From contig CAVUWV010000010.1 of assembly GCA_963745075.1 (NCBI GenBank), forward strand, positions 288,001 through 352,000: a stretch of DNA of 64,000 nt. Direction: 5' to 3'. Positions within the stretch are counted from its first letter, which is position 1, and each line of letters starts with the position of its first letter. Shown piece by piece: positions 30,516-39,933 of the stretch. A program made the position numbers and the translations under genes. The notes below the pieces were generated by a model, which made no database searches, was not told where the DNA came from, and worked only from the letters and a program-made list of their open reading frames with translations. This stretch comes from Candidatus Hydrogenedentota bacterium (GTDB taxonomy: Bacteria > Hydrogenedentota > Hydrogenedentia > Hydrogenedentales > SLHB01).

Positions 30516-31910
30516 ATGGCCGAAGATCGCATCTACGATTTCATCATCGTTGGGTCCGGCACCTCGGGCGGCGTGCTGGCCTATTACCTGCAGAAATCCG
30601 GCGCACATTGCCTGCTGCTCGAAGCCGGCAAGTACTTTCGTGCGGACACCTTTCCCGAGAACGAGGCCGAGTACTCCGCGCAACTGTTCTGGGGCGGCGG
30701 GCTCGAGTTCGACACAACGTGCGCTATGGGATTCCTGCGCGGAAAGTGCGTGGGCGGCGGATCGATCGTCAATCAATGCCTGCTCGATCGGTTCGACGAC
30801 GTTGCCTGGTGCGACTGGAAAGCGGCGACCGGAATCGACTTCTTCACGCCGGAGGCCATGGCGCCCCATTACGACGCCATCGAAAGCGAACTCACGCTCC
30901 AGACCCTGCCGCCCGTAAGTCGCAATCGCAACGCCGAACTTTTCATCCGTGGACTTGAACAGGCGGGAATCGCGTGGGCTCCCTTGCGCCGCGGCCAGTC
31001 GGACTGCGCGACGGAACACGGCAACGACTGTATCGCGTGTCTGGGCGGATGTCATCGCGACTCGAAACAGAGCACCCTGGTGGCCTTCATCCGTCGTGCC
31101 GAAAAGGCGGGTCTCGAAGTCCTTTCCGAATTCCATGTGGACCGCATCGAAGACGACCAGGATGGCGTGAAGGTATTTGGCGCCAACGGAAGCGGTCAAC
31201 TGACCCTCCGTGCGCGGCGGGGCATATTGGCGGCGGGCTCCTTCGGCACGACCCAGCTTCTGTTGAATTCCGGCTACAAGACGAGTCTTCCTGCACTGGG
31301 GAGAGGCTTCTCCATGCACCCGCAGTACATGACTTTCGCGGACTTCGACGACCCCGTGGACGCCCACCGGGGCGCGTTTCAGACCGTGAAATCGTCCGAT
31401 CCCGTGCTGCGCGGGAAGGGCTACAAGCTGGAGAACGTCTTCGCCCCGCCGGTGTCCGTGGCCATGCTGTTCAAGGATACCGGGCCGTCCCTGCAGGAGT
31501 TTATGCTGCGATATCGTCACTTTGCCTGTGTTGAGGTCGCGGTGCGGGACGAGGCCACCGGCGAGCTTTCAGTTGATGGGAAGGGCAGGCTCCGGGTTTG
31601 TAAGTCATTGACGAATAGAGATATGGAGCGCAGGGATGACGGCGTTGCCGTGGTTCGTGCGATGTTTGAATCTCTCGGCGCCAAGCGCATTTTCCAGTCG
31701 CCCCTGTACTTTGGCCTGCACCTCATGGGGGGATGTGCGCTCGGCACGGACGAAAGCTCGTCGGTCTGCGGCGAGACGTTCCAGGTCCACGGGCACCCCA
31801 ATTTGTATTGCGCGGACACCAGCACGTACCCCCTTGCACCGGGCATAAATCCGGCCTTGACCTGCATGGCGTTATCCCATAGAATGTCTTCCTATCTTTC
31901 CAGGGGCTAG
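30516..31910 (+). CDS. GMC family FAD oxidoreductase
   Basis: IVGSGTSGG, VGGGSIVN, HLMGGC, GINPALT. Confidence 0.9.
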   Translation: MAEDRIYDFIIVGSGTSGGVLAYYLQKSGAHCLLLEAGKYFRADTFPENEAEYSAQLFWGGGLEFDTTCAMGFLRGKCVGGGSIVNQCLLDRFDDVAWCDWKAATGIDFFTPEAMAPHYDAIESELTLQTLPPVSRNRNAELFIRGLEQAGIAWAPLRRGQSDCATEHGNDCIACLGGCHRDSKQSTLVAFIRRAEKAGLEVLSEFHVDRIEDDQDGVKVFGANGSGQLTLRARRGILAAGSFGTTQLLLNSGYKTSLPALGRGFSMHPQYMTFADFDDPVDAHRGAFQTVKSSDPVLRGKGYKLENVFAPPVSVAMLFKDTGPSLQEFMLRYRHFACVEVAVRDEATGELSVDGKGRLRVCKSLTNRDMERRDDGVAVVRAMFESLGAKRIFQSPLYFGLHLMGGCALGTDESSSVCGETFQVHGHPNLYCADTSTYPLAPGINPALTCMALSHRMSSYLSRG

Positions 31911-31922
31911 TGGGGAAGGAGG

Positions 31923-32363
31923 GTGTCGATGCCAGAGCTGCAATCGGAAATTCTGAATCCGCGCGCTTTGCGGGCGCTGGAACGTTTGGGTGACTTAATC
32001 GTGCCCCGGGTTGGCAAGCTGCCCGCGTTCTCGGAATTGGGGTGTATCGAATACGTTGATTCCGTTCTTTCCTATGCTCCACCCGAAGACAGCGCCAGTC
32101 TCCGAACTCTTCTCAACGTTCTTTACTTTGCGCCTTCGTTTCTGCTCCGGTATCTCATCCGCGCCATGGCCAATCCCGACCGCTATCCAAAATTTATCGC
32201 GACCAATCTACGTCTGGTGGACATGGGCGTTCGCGGGGTTGTGCTTTCCTTGTATTATTCCGGACGGACCAGCGCGGAGTATCGCGGGCAAACACCGCAC
32301 GAGTTGATGGGATACGAGGTCCATCGCGTCCCGCGTGAAATTGCCGCGAGTACCGCCCAGTAA
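31923..32363 (+). CDS. Gluconate-2-dehydrogenase subunit-3-like small partner of the GMC enzyme
   Basis: LGDLIVP..SLYYS..MGY; lies directly after the GMC gene. Confidence 0.55.
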   Translation: MSMPELQSEILNPRALRALERLGDLIVPRVGKLPAFSELGCIEYVDSVLSYAPPEDSASLRTLLNVLYFAPSFLLRYLIRAMANPDRYPKFIATNLRLVDMGVRGVVLSLYYSGRTSAEYRGQTPHELMGYEVHRVPREIAASTAQ

Positions 32364-32442
32364 CCGGTACGGCACCACGCGATTGCGAACCGTTCGCCAA
32401 ACCATGCAACAATTCCGTCGGCTCGGGTATAATTAGATCATC

Positions 32443-34058
32443 ATGAATGGAGCCGACTCCTTCGTCGAACAACACTCGCCTGCTTCGGGCCCTTCTTCCA
32501 TGCGTTTGACCGCGTCACTGTCATTGGCATGCATCGTCTTCATTTCGGGTGGCGCCGTCATGATCTACGAATTCCTCGCCGTTCGTATCCTGCAGCGTTT
32601 CGTCGGCGGGACGCTCGACGTGTGGGGCGCGGAGATCTCTATTTGTCTTGCGGGTCTGGCGCTGGGGTACTCCCTCGGAGGGTACATCGCCGACCGGTAT
32701 CGTGCATGGCTCCCGTTGGGTATCGTGTTGGTTATTGCCGGCGGTACGGCGGTGTTTATGGAGCCCCTCGCTTTTCTTGTCGATCGGAATCTGCCCAAGT
32801 CCGGCGAAATGGTGGCTTGGTGGGAACCCTTGTTCTATGCCGGCGTCTGCACGTTCATCCCGCTGTTGGCCCTCGGTACCGTCATGCCCCAGGCGATACG
32901 ACTCGCCGTGCGCAGCATGGATCGGGTGGGGTCGGGCGCGGGTTGGGTTGCGACCATTTCAACCACGGGCAGTATCTGTGGTGCGCTGCTCGCCGCGATG
33001 GCCTTCATTCCGTGGGGCGTGCGCGAATCGATCTATGCGACCTCTGCAATGCTTGTCGCAACCGGTCTTGTCATCGTCGTTTGTTACGGGAATTCGTCGC
33101 GCCGGGCGCGTGGCAGCGGTAACGCTGTTGATTGGGTCTTTCGGCGTTGCGCCCGCGGCAGCGGAAACGATCTACGAGAACTACAGCGCGTATCATCACA
33201 TTCTGGTGCGCGACGAGGGGCATAGCCGCACGTTGCTCTTCGACGACTCGCCGCAGACCACCATGGATTTGCGCGACCCTTTCGCGGGCGGGTTCGAATA
33301 TACCGAGTTCTTCCACTTGTCCATGGTGCTCGATCCGACGATCCACGATGTCCTTTTCGTGGGGCTTGGGCGGCGGTACGGGGCCGAAGGCGTTTCTTCG
33401 GCATTACCCCGAAATCCAAATCGACGTAGCCGAAATCGACCCGGAGGTGGTCAAGGTCGCGCAGCGGTTTTTCGACGTCCCCGAGGACAATCGTCTCCGC
33501 ATCGTGACGACGGACGGACGAACCTTTCTTCAACGCACGCGAAACACATACGGCGCCATTGTCATGGATGCTTATGGGTCGGGACCGAACGGCGCCTACT
33601 TGCCGTACCATCTGGCGACGCTCGAGTTCTTCCGCGTCGCCTACGAACACATCGTGAATGGGGGTTGCCTTGTGTACAACGTCATGGGAACGTACGGCGG
33701 TCAGAACGACGATATCGTGCGTGGAATGGTGGCCACGTTGGAACAGGTGTTCCAGCAAGTGTATGTGTTCGAGGCGGAATCGAGCTACAACACCGTGTTC
33801 GTCGCGCAGAAGATTGTGGAGAGCGCCTTGGCGGAGAACCGTACCCGCGATGGCACGCCGTGGCCGAAGGGGCCGTGGCTGGCCCATCCCGCGGATTTTG
33901 GTCAACTCGTCGAAACGCTCCAACAACAGGGGCAATACATCCCGCCCAATTTCGCAAAACGGCTGACGCAGATCTCGAAAGTGCAGAACGCCCCCCGCGA
34001 CGGCACGGTGTACACCGACAACAACGCCCCCGTCGATCTCGCGCCGGATCGCCGGTAA
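32443..34058 (+). CDS. Fused MFS-like membrane domain/spermidine-synthase-like methyltransferase, with two frameshifts (~33100, ~33365)
   Basis: TM region (SGGAVMIYE..GGYIAD..STTGSICG), then SAYHHILV..LLFD, then GLGGG..AEIDPEVV..DGRTFL..MDAY across three frames. Confidence 0.8.
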
Positions 34059-34069
34059 GCCCCAAGGCA

Positions 34070-34634
34070 AAATTCGAAATTCGAAGCACGAAATCCGAAA
34101 CAAATTCCAATGACGTAAATCCCAATGACCGAAACATGCGCCTGGGCTCATGGCAGGGAAATTGTCTGGCGTTTCCCGTAATGCGCAGAGTCCCGGTAGG
34201 GGCGGCCGGTCCCTCAGCCCAGCGCGGCAAGGCCGCAACCAAAAGAGAGTTTGTCCACCGATTGCACAGATTTGCACCGATTGAGACTGCATGCAACTGA
34301 TTCACGTTGACTCGACGACCTTGGCCTGAAAGGCCGCAAACATGATAGCTCGGGGCAGAGCGAAGCGGCGCCCCGAGTACAGGTGCACCCCACCTCGTCA
34401 CGCGCTGAAAGTGCAAAATAGACATCAAGGTCTGCATCGTTATCCGGGCCTGTAAGCGAAAGTACCCAAATGCGATACGTGCTCCATCCAAAGCAAAATG
34501 CGAAAGCTTTTTACGATCTTGGCGGATAGGTACCCAGCGCGGCATTGCCGCAACCAAATTCGAAATTCGAAGCACGAAATGCGAAACAAATTCAAATGAC
34601 CCAAATCCCAATGACCGAAACATGCGCCTGGGCT
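34070..34634 (+). repeat. 79-bp direct repeat of the family C arm (34070-34148 and 34556-34634) in a repeat-rich intergenic region
   Basis: Near-identical AAATTCGAAATTCGAAGCACGAAAT..CATGCGCCTGGGCT. CCCAGCGCGGCAnnGCCGCAACCAAA is also duplicated. Confidence 0.85.
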
Positions 34635-34940
34635 GACCTGGATGGCTGCGTTCGGTAGCGTTAAGGACTCGTACCCGGTGCGCTACCGGGCGGCCGTTCC
34701 GTGCCTGTAGCCGTTGCCGGAATTCGTCTCGACCGATACGCGTCGCGGTCCCCGTATCAATCGCAGCAAGTCGGCGCAGGAGTTTCGTGTCCCACGCATC
34801 GGCGACGACGACATCCGCGCGCAATGAATGGTTACTGTCCCCAATTATTCCTTATTCCCCAGCGCATCGGCAACGTCCACATCCGCGCAATAAGGGGTGC
34901 CGTGTCCAATTATTCGAATTATTCGGTGGCGAAGCTCGGT

Positions 34941-35755
34941 GTGCCCCAACGGGGCTCTGGGCTCTCAGCCCCAGGTTGCGCGGCACGTCGAGCCACGCGA
35001 GACGCAGGCGCGCTACCTGGGGTATGGTTGTGGATATCGATCGGGTTAGCCCAACGGGCTTATGGCCTGTTTGTTACCAAATTGACCCGGGGAGGATTCT
35101 CGCATGCCGCAATCGTTGTCTGCCGTGTTTGTGCATCTGGTCTGGTCCACCAAGGATCGCAAACCGTGGCTACGTGATCCGACGGTCCGCACGCGCCTCC
35201 ATGCGTATTTGGGCGGCGTCTCGCGGGAAATGCAGTGTCCTCCTGTCATTGTCGGCGGGGTGGACGATCATGTCCATGTCCTGGGGCAACTGGGCCGCGA
35301 GGTGTCCATCGCGGGATGGGTGAAGGAGTTGAAGCGCGTTTCCAGCATCTGGATGAAGGACGTCGATACCGAGTTCAAGGGGTTCTATTGGCAGGGGGGA
35401 TACGGGGCGTTTTCGGTCAGCCAATCAAACCTCGCGCGCGTGGAGAAGTACATCGTGGATCAAGAAACGCATCACGCGAAGTTCTCGTTCCAGGACGAAT
35501 TGCGCACGCTCTTTCGCAAACACGGGATCGAGTGGGATGAACGGTATGTTTGGGATTGAGGCCGCAACCCCTTCGGGGTAATCCCTATGATACGCCATCT
35601 TTTCCCCAGGTAGCGCTACGGCGTCGTATCGACACCGCCGCGCAACCACGCCATGGCGTGGCTGAGAGCCCAATGTCCCGTTGGGACACAAGAATTCGGT
35701 GGAGTCGCAATTCCGCAACCCGCAGGGGCTGAGAGCCGGACGTCTTGTTGGGACA
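34941..35755. mobile_element. REP-flanked Y1 transposase locus (RAYT-like)
   Basis: Left arm from GTGCCCCAACGGGGCTCTGGGCTCTCAGCC (34941) is an imperfect ~90-bp inverted copy of 35603-35689; a further copy lies at ~35726-35756. Confidence 0.75.
35104..35559 (+). CDS. IS200/IS605-family Y1 (HUH) transposase, RAYT-like
   Basis: VHLVWSTKDR, DHVH (HUH), WQGGYGAFSVS, catalytic Y in YIVDQ. No tnpB. Confidence 0.9.
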   Translation: MPQSLSAVFVHLVWSTKDRKPWLRDPTVRTRLHAYLGGVSREMQCPPVIVGGVDDHVHVLGQLGREVSIAGWVKELKRVSSIWMKDVDTEFKGFYWQGGYGAFSVSQSNLARVEKYIVDQETHHAKFSFQDELRTLFRKHGIEWDERYVWD

Positions 35756-35958
35756 CAAATCCGAAGCGGAGTTGCAATTCCGCGGTCCGCACGTCATCTT
35801 CGCGCACGCGGGGACTGAATTCATGCGCCTCGATTTCTTAATTCGTAGTCTGTTAGCATGCATAGGTTGCGAGGTCACTAAGGAAAGAAAAGTGGGAAGT
35901 CTGCCTTACACTAAGTGCAAGGGGCGTATGGAGCGCCCATCACAGAAGGAGACTTCCC

Positions 35959-36984
35959 ATGAACACGACTCAAGCGTATCACTTCATCGGCCTGGACATC
36001 CACAAGCGGACCATTGCGTTTTGCGAGAAGGACCCGTTGGGCAACGTGGCGGATCGGGGGACGATCGGTGCGCGCAAGGAGGAACTGGTGGCGTTTGCGA
36101 CCTCTCGCACGCGGCCCTTCGTCGCGGGCATCGAGGCGACCTTGTTTACCGGTTGGGTCTACGACGCCCTGTTGCCGTACGCAGCCGAGCTTCACGTGGG
36201 ACATCCGCGCCGGCTCAAGGCGCTGTCGAAGAACAAGAACGACCGCATCGACGCCGAAATGCTGGCCAACCTGCTGCGGGCCGACCTGTTTCCCTCGTGC
36301 TACATGGCCTCGGCCGAGGTGCGCGAGTTACGGCGGATTCTGCGGTACCGCAACTTCCTGGTCGGACACGCCACCCGCATGAAGAACAAGGCGTCGGGCA
36401 TTCTGATGGAGACGGGCGTGGAGTACGCCAAATCCAAACTGCACGGAAAGAAGTACTTCTCCGAGCTGGTGGACAGCCTGGAAGACGTGCCACCGTCGGT
36501 GGTCAACTTGTTACGCATGACTCGGACCAATCTCGAATTGTTCACGGCCGCCCAGCGCCACTTGCTCGATGTCTTGACCCGGCATGCCGCCTTGTGCGAC
36601 CGGGTGACCCTGCTCCAGTCGGTGGGCGGCGTGGGCCAGGTTACGGCGCTGACCTGGGCCCTCGAGATCGACGACCCGCATCGCTTTTCCAACATCCGGC
36701 GCGCGCAGAGTTACTGCGGGTTGTGCTCGGCCCAACACGAGTCGGGCGACAAACAGTGGCGCATGCCCTTGTCCAAAGAACGCAACCCCCACTTACAGTC
36801 CATTCTCATCGAAGCGGCCAAGCTGGCGCCGTCCAAACACGCCCACTTGACGCGCATACGCGAGCAAGCCATAGTTCGGGGATACAACAAGAACCGCGCG
36901 ACCCTGGCCGTGGCGCGCAAACTGGTGGCCTATCTGTTGGCCGTGGACAAATCCGGGCAGCCCTTCATAGCGCCCGAGGTGTAG
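35959..36984 (+). CDS. IS110-family DEDD recombinase/transposase
   Basis: GLDIHK, IEAT, KNDRIDA (DEDD RuvC-like) and YCGLCSAQHESG (catalytic Ser). AAGGAG RBS. Confidence 0.95.
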   Translation: MNTTQAYHFIGLDIHKRTIAFCEKDPLGNVADRGTIGARKEELVAFATSRTRPFVAGIEATLFTGWVYDALLPYAAELHVGHPRRLKALSKNKNDRIDAEMLANLLRADLFPSCYMASAEVRELRRILRYRNFLVGHATRMKNKASGILMETGVEYAKSKLHGKKYFSELVDSLEDVPPSVVNLLRMTRTNLELFTAAQRHLLDVLTRHAALCDRVTLLQSVGGVGQVTALTWALEIDDPHRFSNIRRAQSYCGLCSAQHESGDKQWRMPLSKERNPHLQSILIEAAKLAPSKHAHLTRIREQAIVRGYNKNRATLAVARKLVAYLLAVDKSGQPFIAPEV

Positions 36985-37024
36985 GAGGTTTTCACATACG
37001 GTTCTCCTGCCGCCGTATCCCGCC

Positions 37025-37190
37025 GATTAGGGACTGGGCAAGGGACACAAATCCCGATACCCCCGTAGTCTGTTTCGGGCGCGGCGGCTCTCCCAAACGC
37101 AAACATCGGACCCACGCCGTCAACGTGGTATCTGCAAATGGATGTCTGGTTGCGAGAACCTATCTCGTCAGCAAAACGGAGAACCGGAAA
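37025..37190 (+). ncRNA. Candidate bridge RNA/seekRNA of the IS1111-type element (ends approximate)
   Basis: Contains GGGACA, CGTAGTCTGT, GCAAACA and ATGGATGT, which match the target and donor junction sequences, set among hairpins. Confidence 0.75.
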
Positions 37191-37527
37191 CGACGTGATG
37201 GCGCGGCGCGCGAAACCAACCCGCGGACCGCGAAGGGGGAGTACTGCCCGAACGACGGCGGCCCGGTCGCACTGCGCTGCCTCCGACGAGCTATACGCAA
37301 GCTACCCATTCTCGGCACCGCACTACGCCCAGGCCGCCTAAGTCTCCGCCCAACAATCAGCTACCTCTTCGCCCCAAAGACGCCCAACCGACGGAATGGC
37401 AAACCGCCCGCTTTGCCTCTTGACTTATACCTATCATGGATGTCCCCAATAAGAAATCGCTATCGCGTCCGCATCGCGGGGCCGGTATCGCTCGGGCGCG
37501 AAGCGGGTTCCCACGACGGAGTGCCGC

Positions 37528-38829
37528 ATGACGCAACATCCCCCTTCCGGAACGCTGCTCGCAAAGGCCTACGCGGAAACTCCCGGACTGCCCGTCGAAC
37601 GGTGTTACGTCGGAACCGACGCCGCCGCGCAACTCGCGGTCTTCGCAAAGGAACGGTGCGGCGGGGCATGCCTCGTGGTCTCGGATACGAACACGCGCGC
37701 AGCCGCGGCCGAACCCGTGTTGCGTGCACTTACCGGTGGCGGAATTGCCGTCACCGAAAAGACCTTCGACGATCCGCACCTCGATGCGACGGAAGCCCTC
37801 GGGGACGCCGTCGCCGAGGCCGGTACCGGTTGTGATTTCTTCGTCGCCATCGGTTCGGGCACGGTCTGCGATCTCGCCAAACACGCAGGCACAAAGAACG
37901 AGCGTCCGGTCCTGCTCTTCGCTTCGGCCGCCAGCATGAACGGATACACCTCCGGGATCACGGCCGTCAAAGTTCGCGGCCTGAAACGGACGGTTTCCTG
38001 CACGCCTGCATTGGGCGTGTTCGCGGATCCCGCCATCGTCGCTGCCGCGCCGCCGCGCATGGTCGCCGCGGGCGTCGCCGATTTCCTGTCCAAATGTTCG
38101 GCGGGCGCAGATTGGCGCACCGCCAATATCCTTCGCGGCGAGTACTACGATGAGCATGCGCTGCGCTTTTACGAGGGCATCCTCGAACAGATCCTGGATT
38201 CAGCCGAAGCGATCGGGAGGGGGGAGCCCGAAGCGGTGGGCGTCATCCTCGAAGCACTGATGTTGTCCGGCCTCTCCATGCTGGTGGCAGGTTCCTCGTC
38301 CCCCGCGTCGGGCGGCGAGCATTTGCTCTCCCACTACCTCGACATGAAACAGGCCTTGTACGGCACGCCGCACGATCTCCACGGCGCGCAAGTCGGCGTG
38401 GGGACCGTGCACTGCCTTCGCCTGTGGGAGAAAGTCCTCGCCCTCGACCCCACGACCATCGATCCCGATGCCTTGGTCGCGCGACAACCCAGCGACGAAC
38501 AAGTCCGCGAATGGGCCTTGGCCGATTGGGGCGACGCCGTCGGAGAAGAAGTCCTTGCACAGTGGAAAGAAAAGTCACTGCCCCCCGATCTCATGCGGGC
38601 GGAGATTATGCGGTTCCGTGACGGATTGCCCGAGATCGCCGAATCCGTCAGCCGCGATCTCTTGCCGTCGCGCGCGGTCGAAGGCGCCATCCGCCAAGCC
38701 GGCGGTCCCACCAAACCCGAGGACATGGACGCGCCCCTCGAGGAATACCAGAACGCATTACAGTTCGCGCGATTCATCCGCAGCCGGTTTACGATCCTGG
38801 ACCTTGCCGCGGAATTGGGGGTAGATTAG
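37528..38829 (+). CDS. sn-glycerol-1-phosphate dehydrogenase (AraM/EgsA-like)
   Basis: IGSGTVCDLAK, AASMNGYTS, PASGGEHLLSHY, HGAQVGV. Confidence 0.85.
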   Translation: MTQHPPSGTLLAKAYAETPGLPVERCYVGTDAAAQLAVFAKERCGGACLVVSDTNTRAAAAEPVLRALTGGGIAVTEKTFDDPHLDATEALGDAVAEAGTGCDFFVAIGSGTVCDLAKHAGTKNERPVLLFASAASMNGYTSGITAVKVRGLKRTVSCTPALGVFADPAIVAAAPPRMVAAGVADFLSKCSAGADWRTANILRGEYYDEHALRFYEGILEQILDSAEAIGRGEPEAVGVILEALMLSGLSMLVAGSSSPASGGEHLLSHYLDMKQALYGTPHDLHGAQVGVGTVHCLRLWEKVLALDPTTIDPDALVARQPSDEQVREWALADWGDAVGEEVLAQWKEKSLPPDLMRAEIMRFRDGLPEIAESVSRDLLPSRAVEGAIRQAGGPTKPEDMDAPLEEYQNALQFARFIRSRFTILDLAAELGVD

Positions 38830-39100
38830 GAGGATCTGACCGATCTGACCGTTCCGTCCGAAGAATTTCTGGCCTGCTGTGCCGGTTACTTAATCCGCAA
38901 TTCCCACCGCCCCGAAAGTCGTCGTCTTGCGGATCACGCCGTGGCGTGATGAGAAATGCTTTCGAGAAAAACTGTAGGCTCACTGTTGAGGGATTCTCAC
39001 ACGCACTCCGTGAGCCCAAAAAGCTCGGACCTACACGCCAGGCCCCACAGCGGTTTGGGATACCGGTCCGACGTTTGGTGCGTGTGGGAATTCCGGGTTA

Positions 39101-39149
39101 ACCACGTCTTTGGCGCGCTCGACAATCCGGGAAGCGGTTCCGTAATTCA
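39101..39149 (-). repeat. Diverged copy of the clpP 3' end (matches 39944-39992 at 43/49 nt)
   Basis: Manual alignment. Confidence 0.85.
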
Positions 39150-39836
39150 GTCCGCCCGGCGTCGCGCCACGACGAAAAAACAGTCGCTCGCGCGGGGCAT
39201 CGCGCGCGCGATGACTGCGCGCAGGGCGGCCTTTACCGGATTGACCGGCGGGTTGTGCATGGCAAATCGGCGTTCGAGCAAATCAAACCGCGGGCTCAAC
39301 AGCGAGCCGACCTCCTCGGCTGTGTAGAAAACGGAGCAATTCACCATGAACGCCTTGTTCTCGAGCGCGTTGTATTCATTGAACCACCGGAACGGATTGC
39401 GCCCGAACAGGGCATCGAGCCGCCGGCCAAAGGAGACAGCGTTCGGCGCTTCGACCACGAGCACACCGGCCGGCCGCAGCACGCGCGCTATTTCCCCGAT
39501 GACGTGATGCGGGTTGTAGAGGTGTTCAATGACGGATGCGAACAGGATGAGGTCTATCGAGCCGACTTCATAGGGCAGCGGCTCGTTGTCGACATTGCAG
39601 GCGGTCGTGTGGATACCATGTGCCGCGCCGCGGGCCACATCGTCCCCTTGATCGACGGCAAACAACTCGCCGGCGAAGCGCTCACGGAGTATCTCCGCCA
39701 AGCCGAATACGTCGCCCCCGCCCCCGATGTCCAGACAGCGATCCACCTTCTCCGGAACGTGCTTCGACAATAGTTCCAATAGGGCGCGTCGACGCTTGTG
39801 ATGAAATCGCCTGTATTCTTCGCGTGTCGGGCCCAT
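39147..39836 (-). CDS. Class I SAM-dependent methyltransferase
   Basis: CLDIGGGG, VIEHL, RVLRPAGVLVVEAPN. Confidence 0.85.
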   Translation of the reverse strand: MGPTREEYRRFHHKRRRALLELLSKHVPEKVDRCLDIGGGGDVFGLAEILRERFAGELFAVDQGDDVARGAAHGIHTTACNVDNEPLPYEVGSIDLILFASVIEHLYNPHHVIGEIARVLRPAGVLVVEAPNAVSFGRRLDALFGRNPFRWFNEYNALENKAFMVNCSVFYTAEEVGSLLSPRFDLLERRFAMHNPPVNPVKAALRAVIARAMPRASDCFFVVARRRAD

Positions 39837-39933
39837 GACTCCTCCCCGTCCGGCCCCACCCTACCGGCAGAACAGAAAAGGAGTCAACGCCGCCCCGTTG
39901 GCGATCCTCCTCGCTCCCGTCCGACTCGGAAGA

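Larger units (their letters stand above)
35851..37443 (+). mobile_element. IS110-family insertion sequence, IS1111 type (short left end, long 3' non-coding region)
   Basis: TGT core at both ends (35851-35853, 37441-37443). Sub-terminal inverted repeats CATGCATAGGT (35857-35867) / ACCTATCATG (37429-37438). Flanks rejoin into a palindrome. Confidence 0.85.

Noticed and set aside
35745..37835. 696-aa ORF overlapping the IS110, and other long alternative-frame ORFs (12473-14008, 49981-52116, 1354-2598, 42960-44294)
   Set aside because: Shadow ORFs typical of GC-rich DNA, overlapping well-supported genes and lacking recognisable motifs.
37528..38829. G1P dehydrogenase as evidence of archaeal-type ether lipids
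   Set aside because: It looks like the widespread bacterial AraM-type enzyme, and no GGGP/DGGGP synthase genes are nearby.
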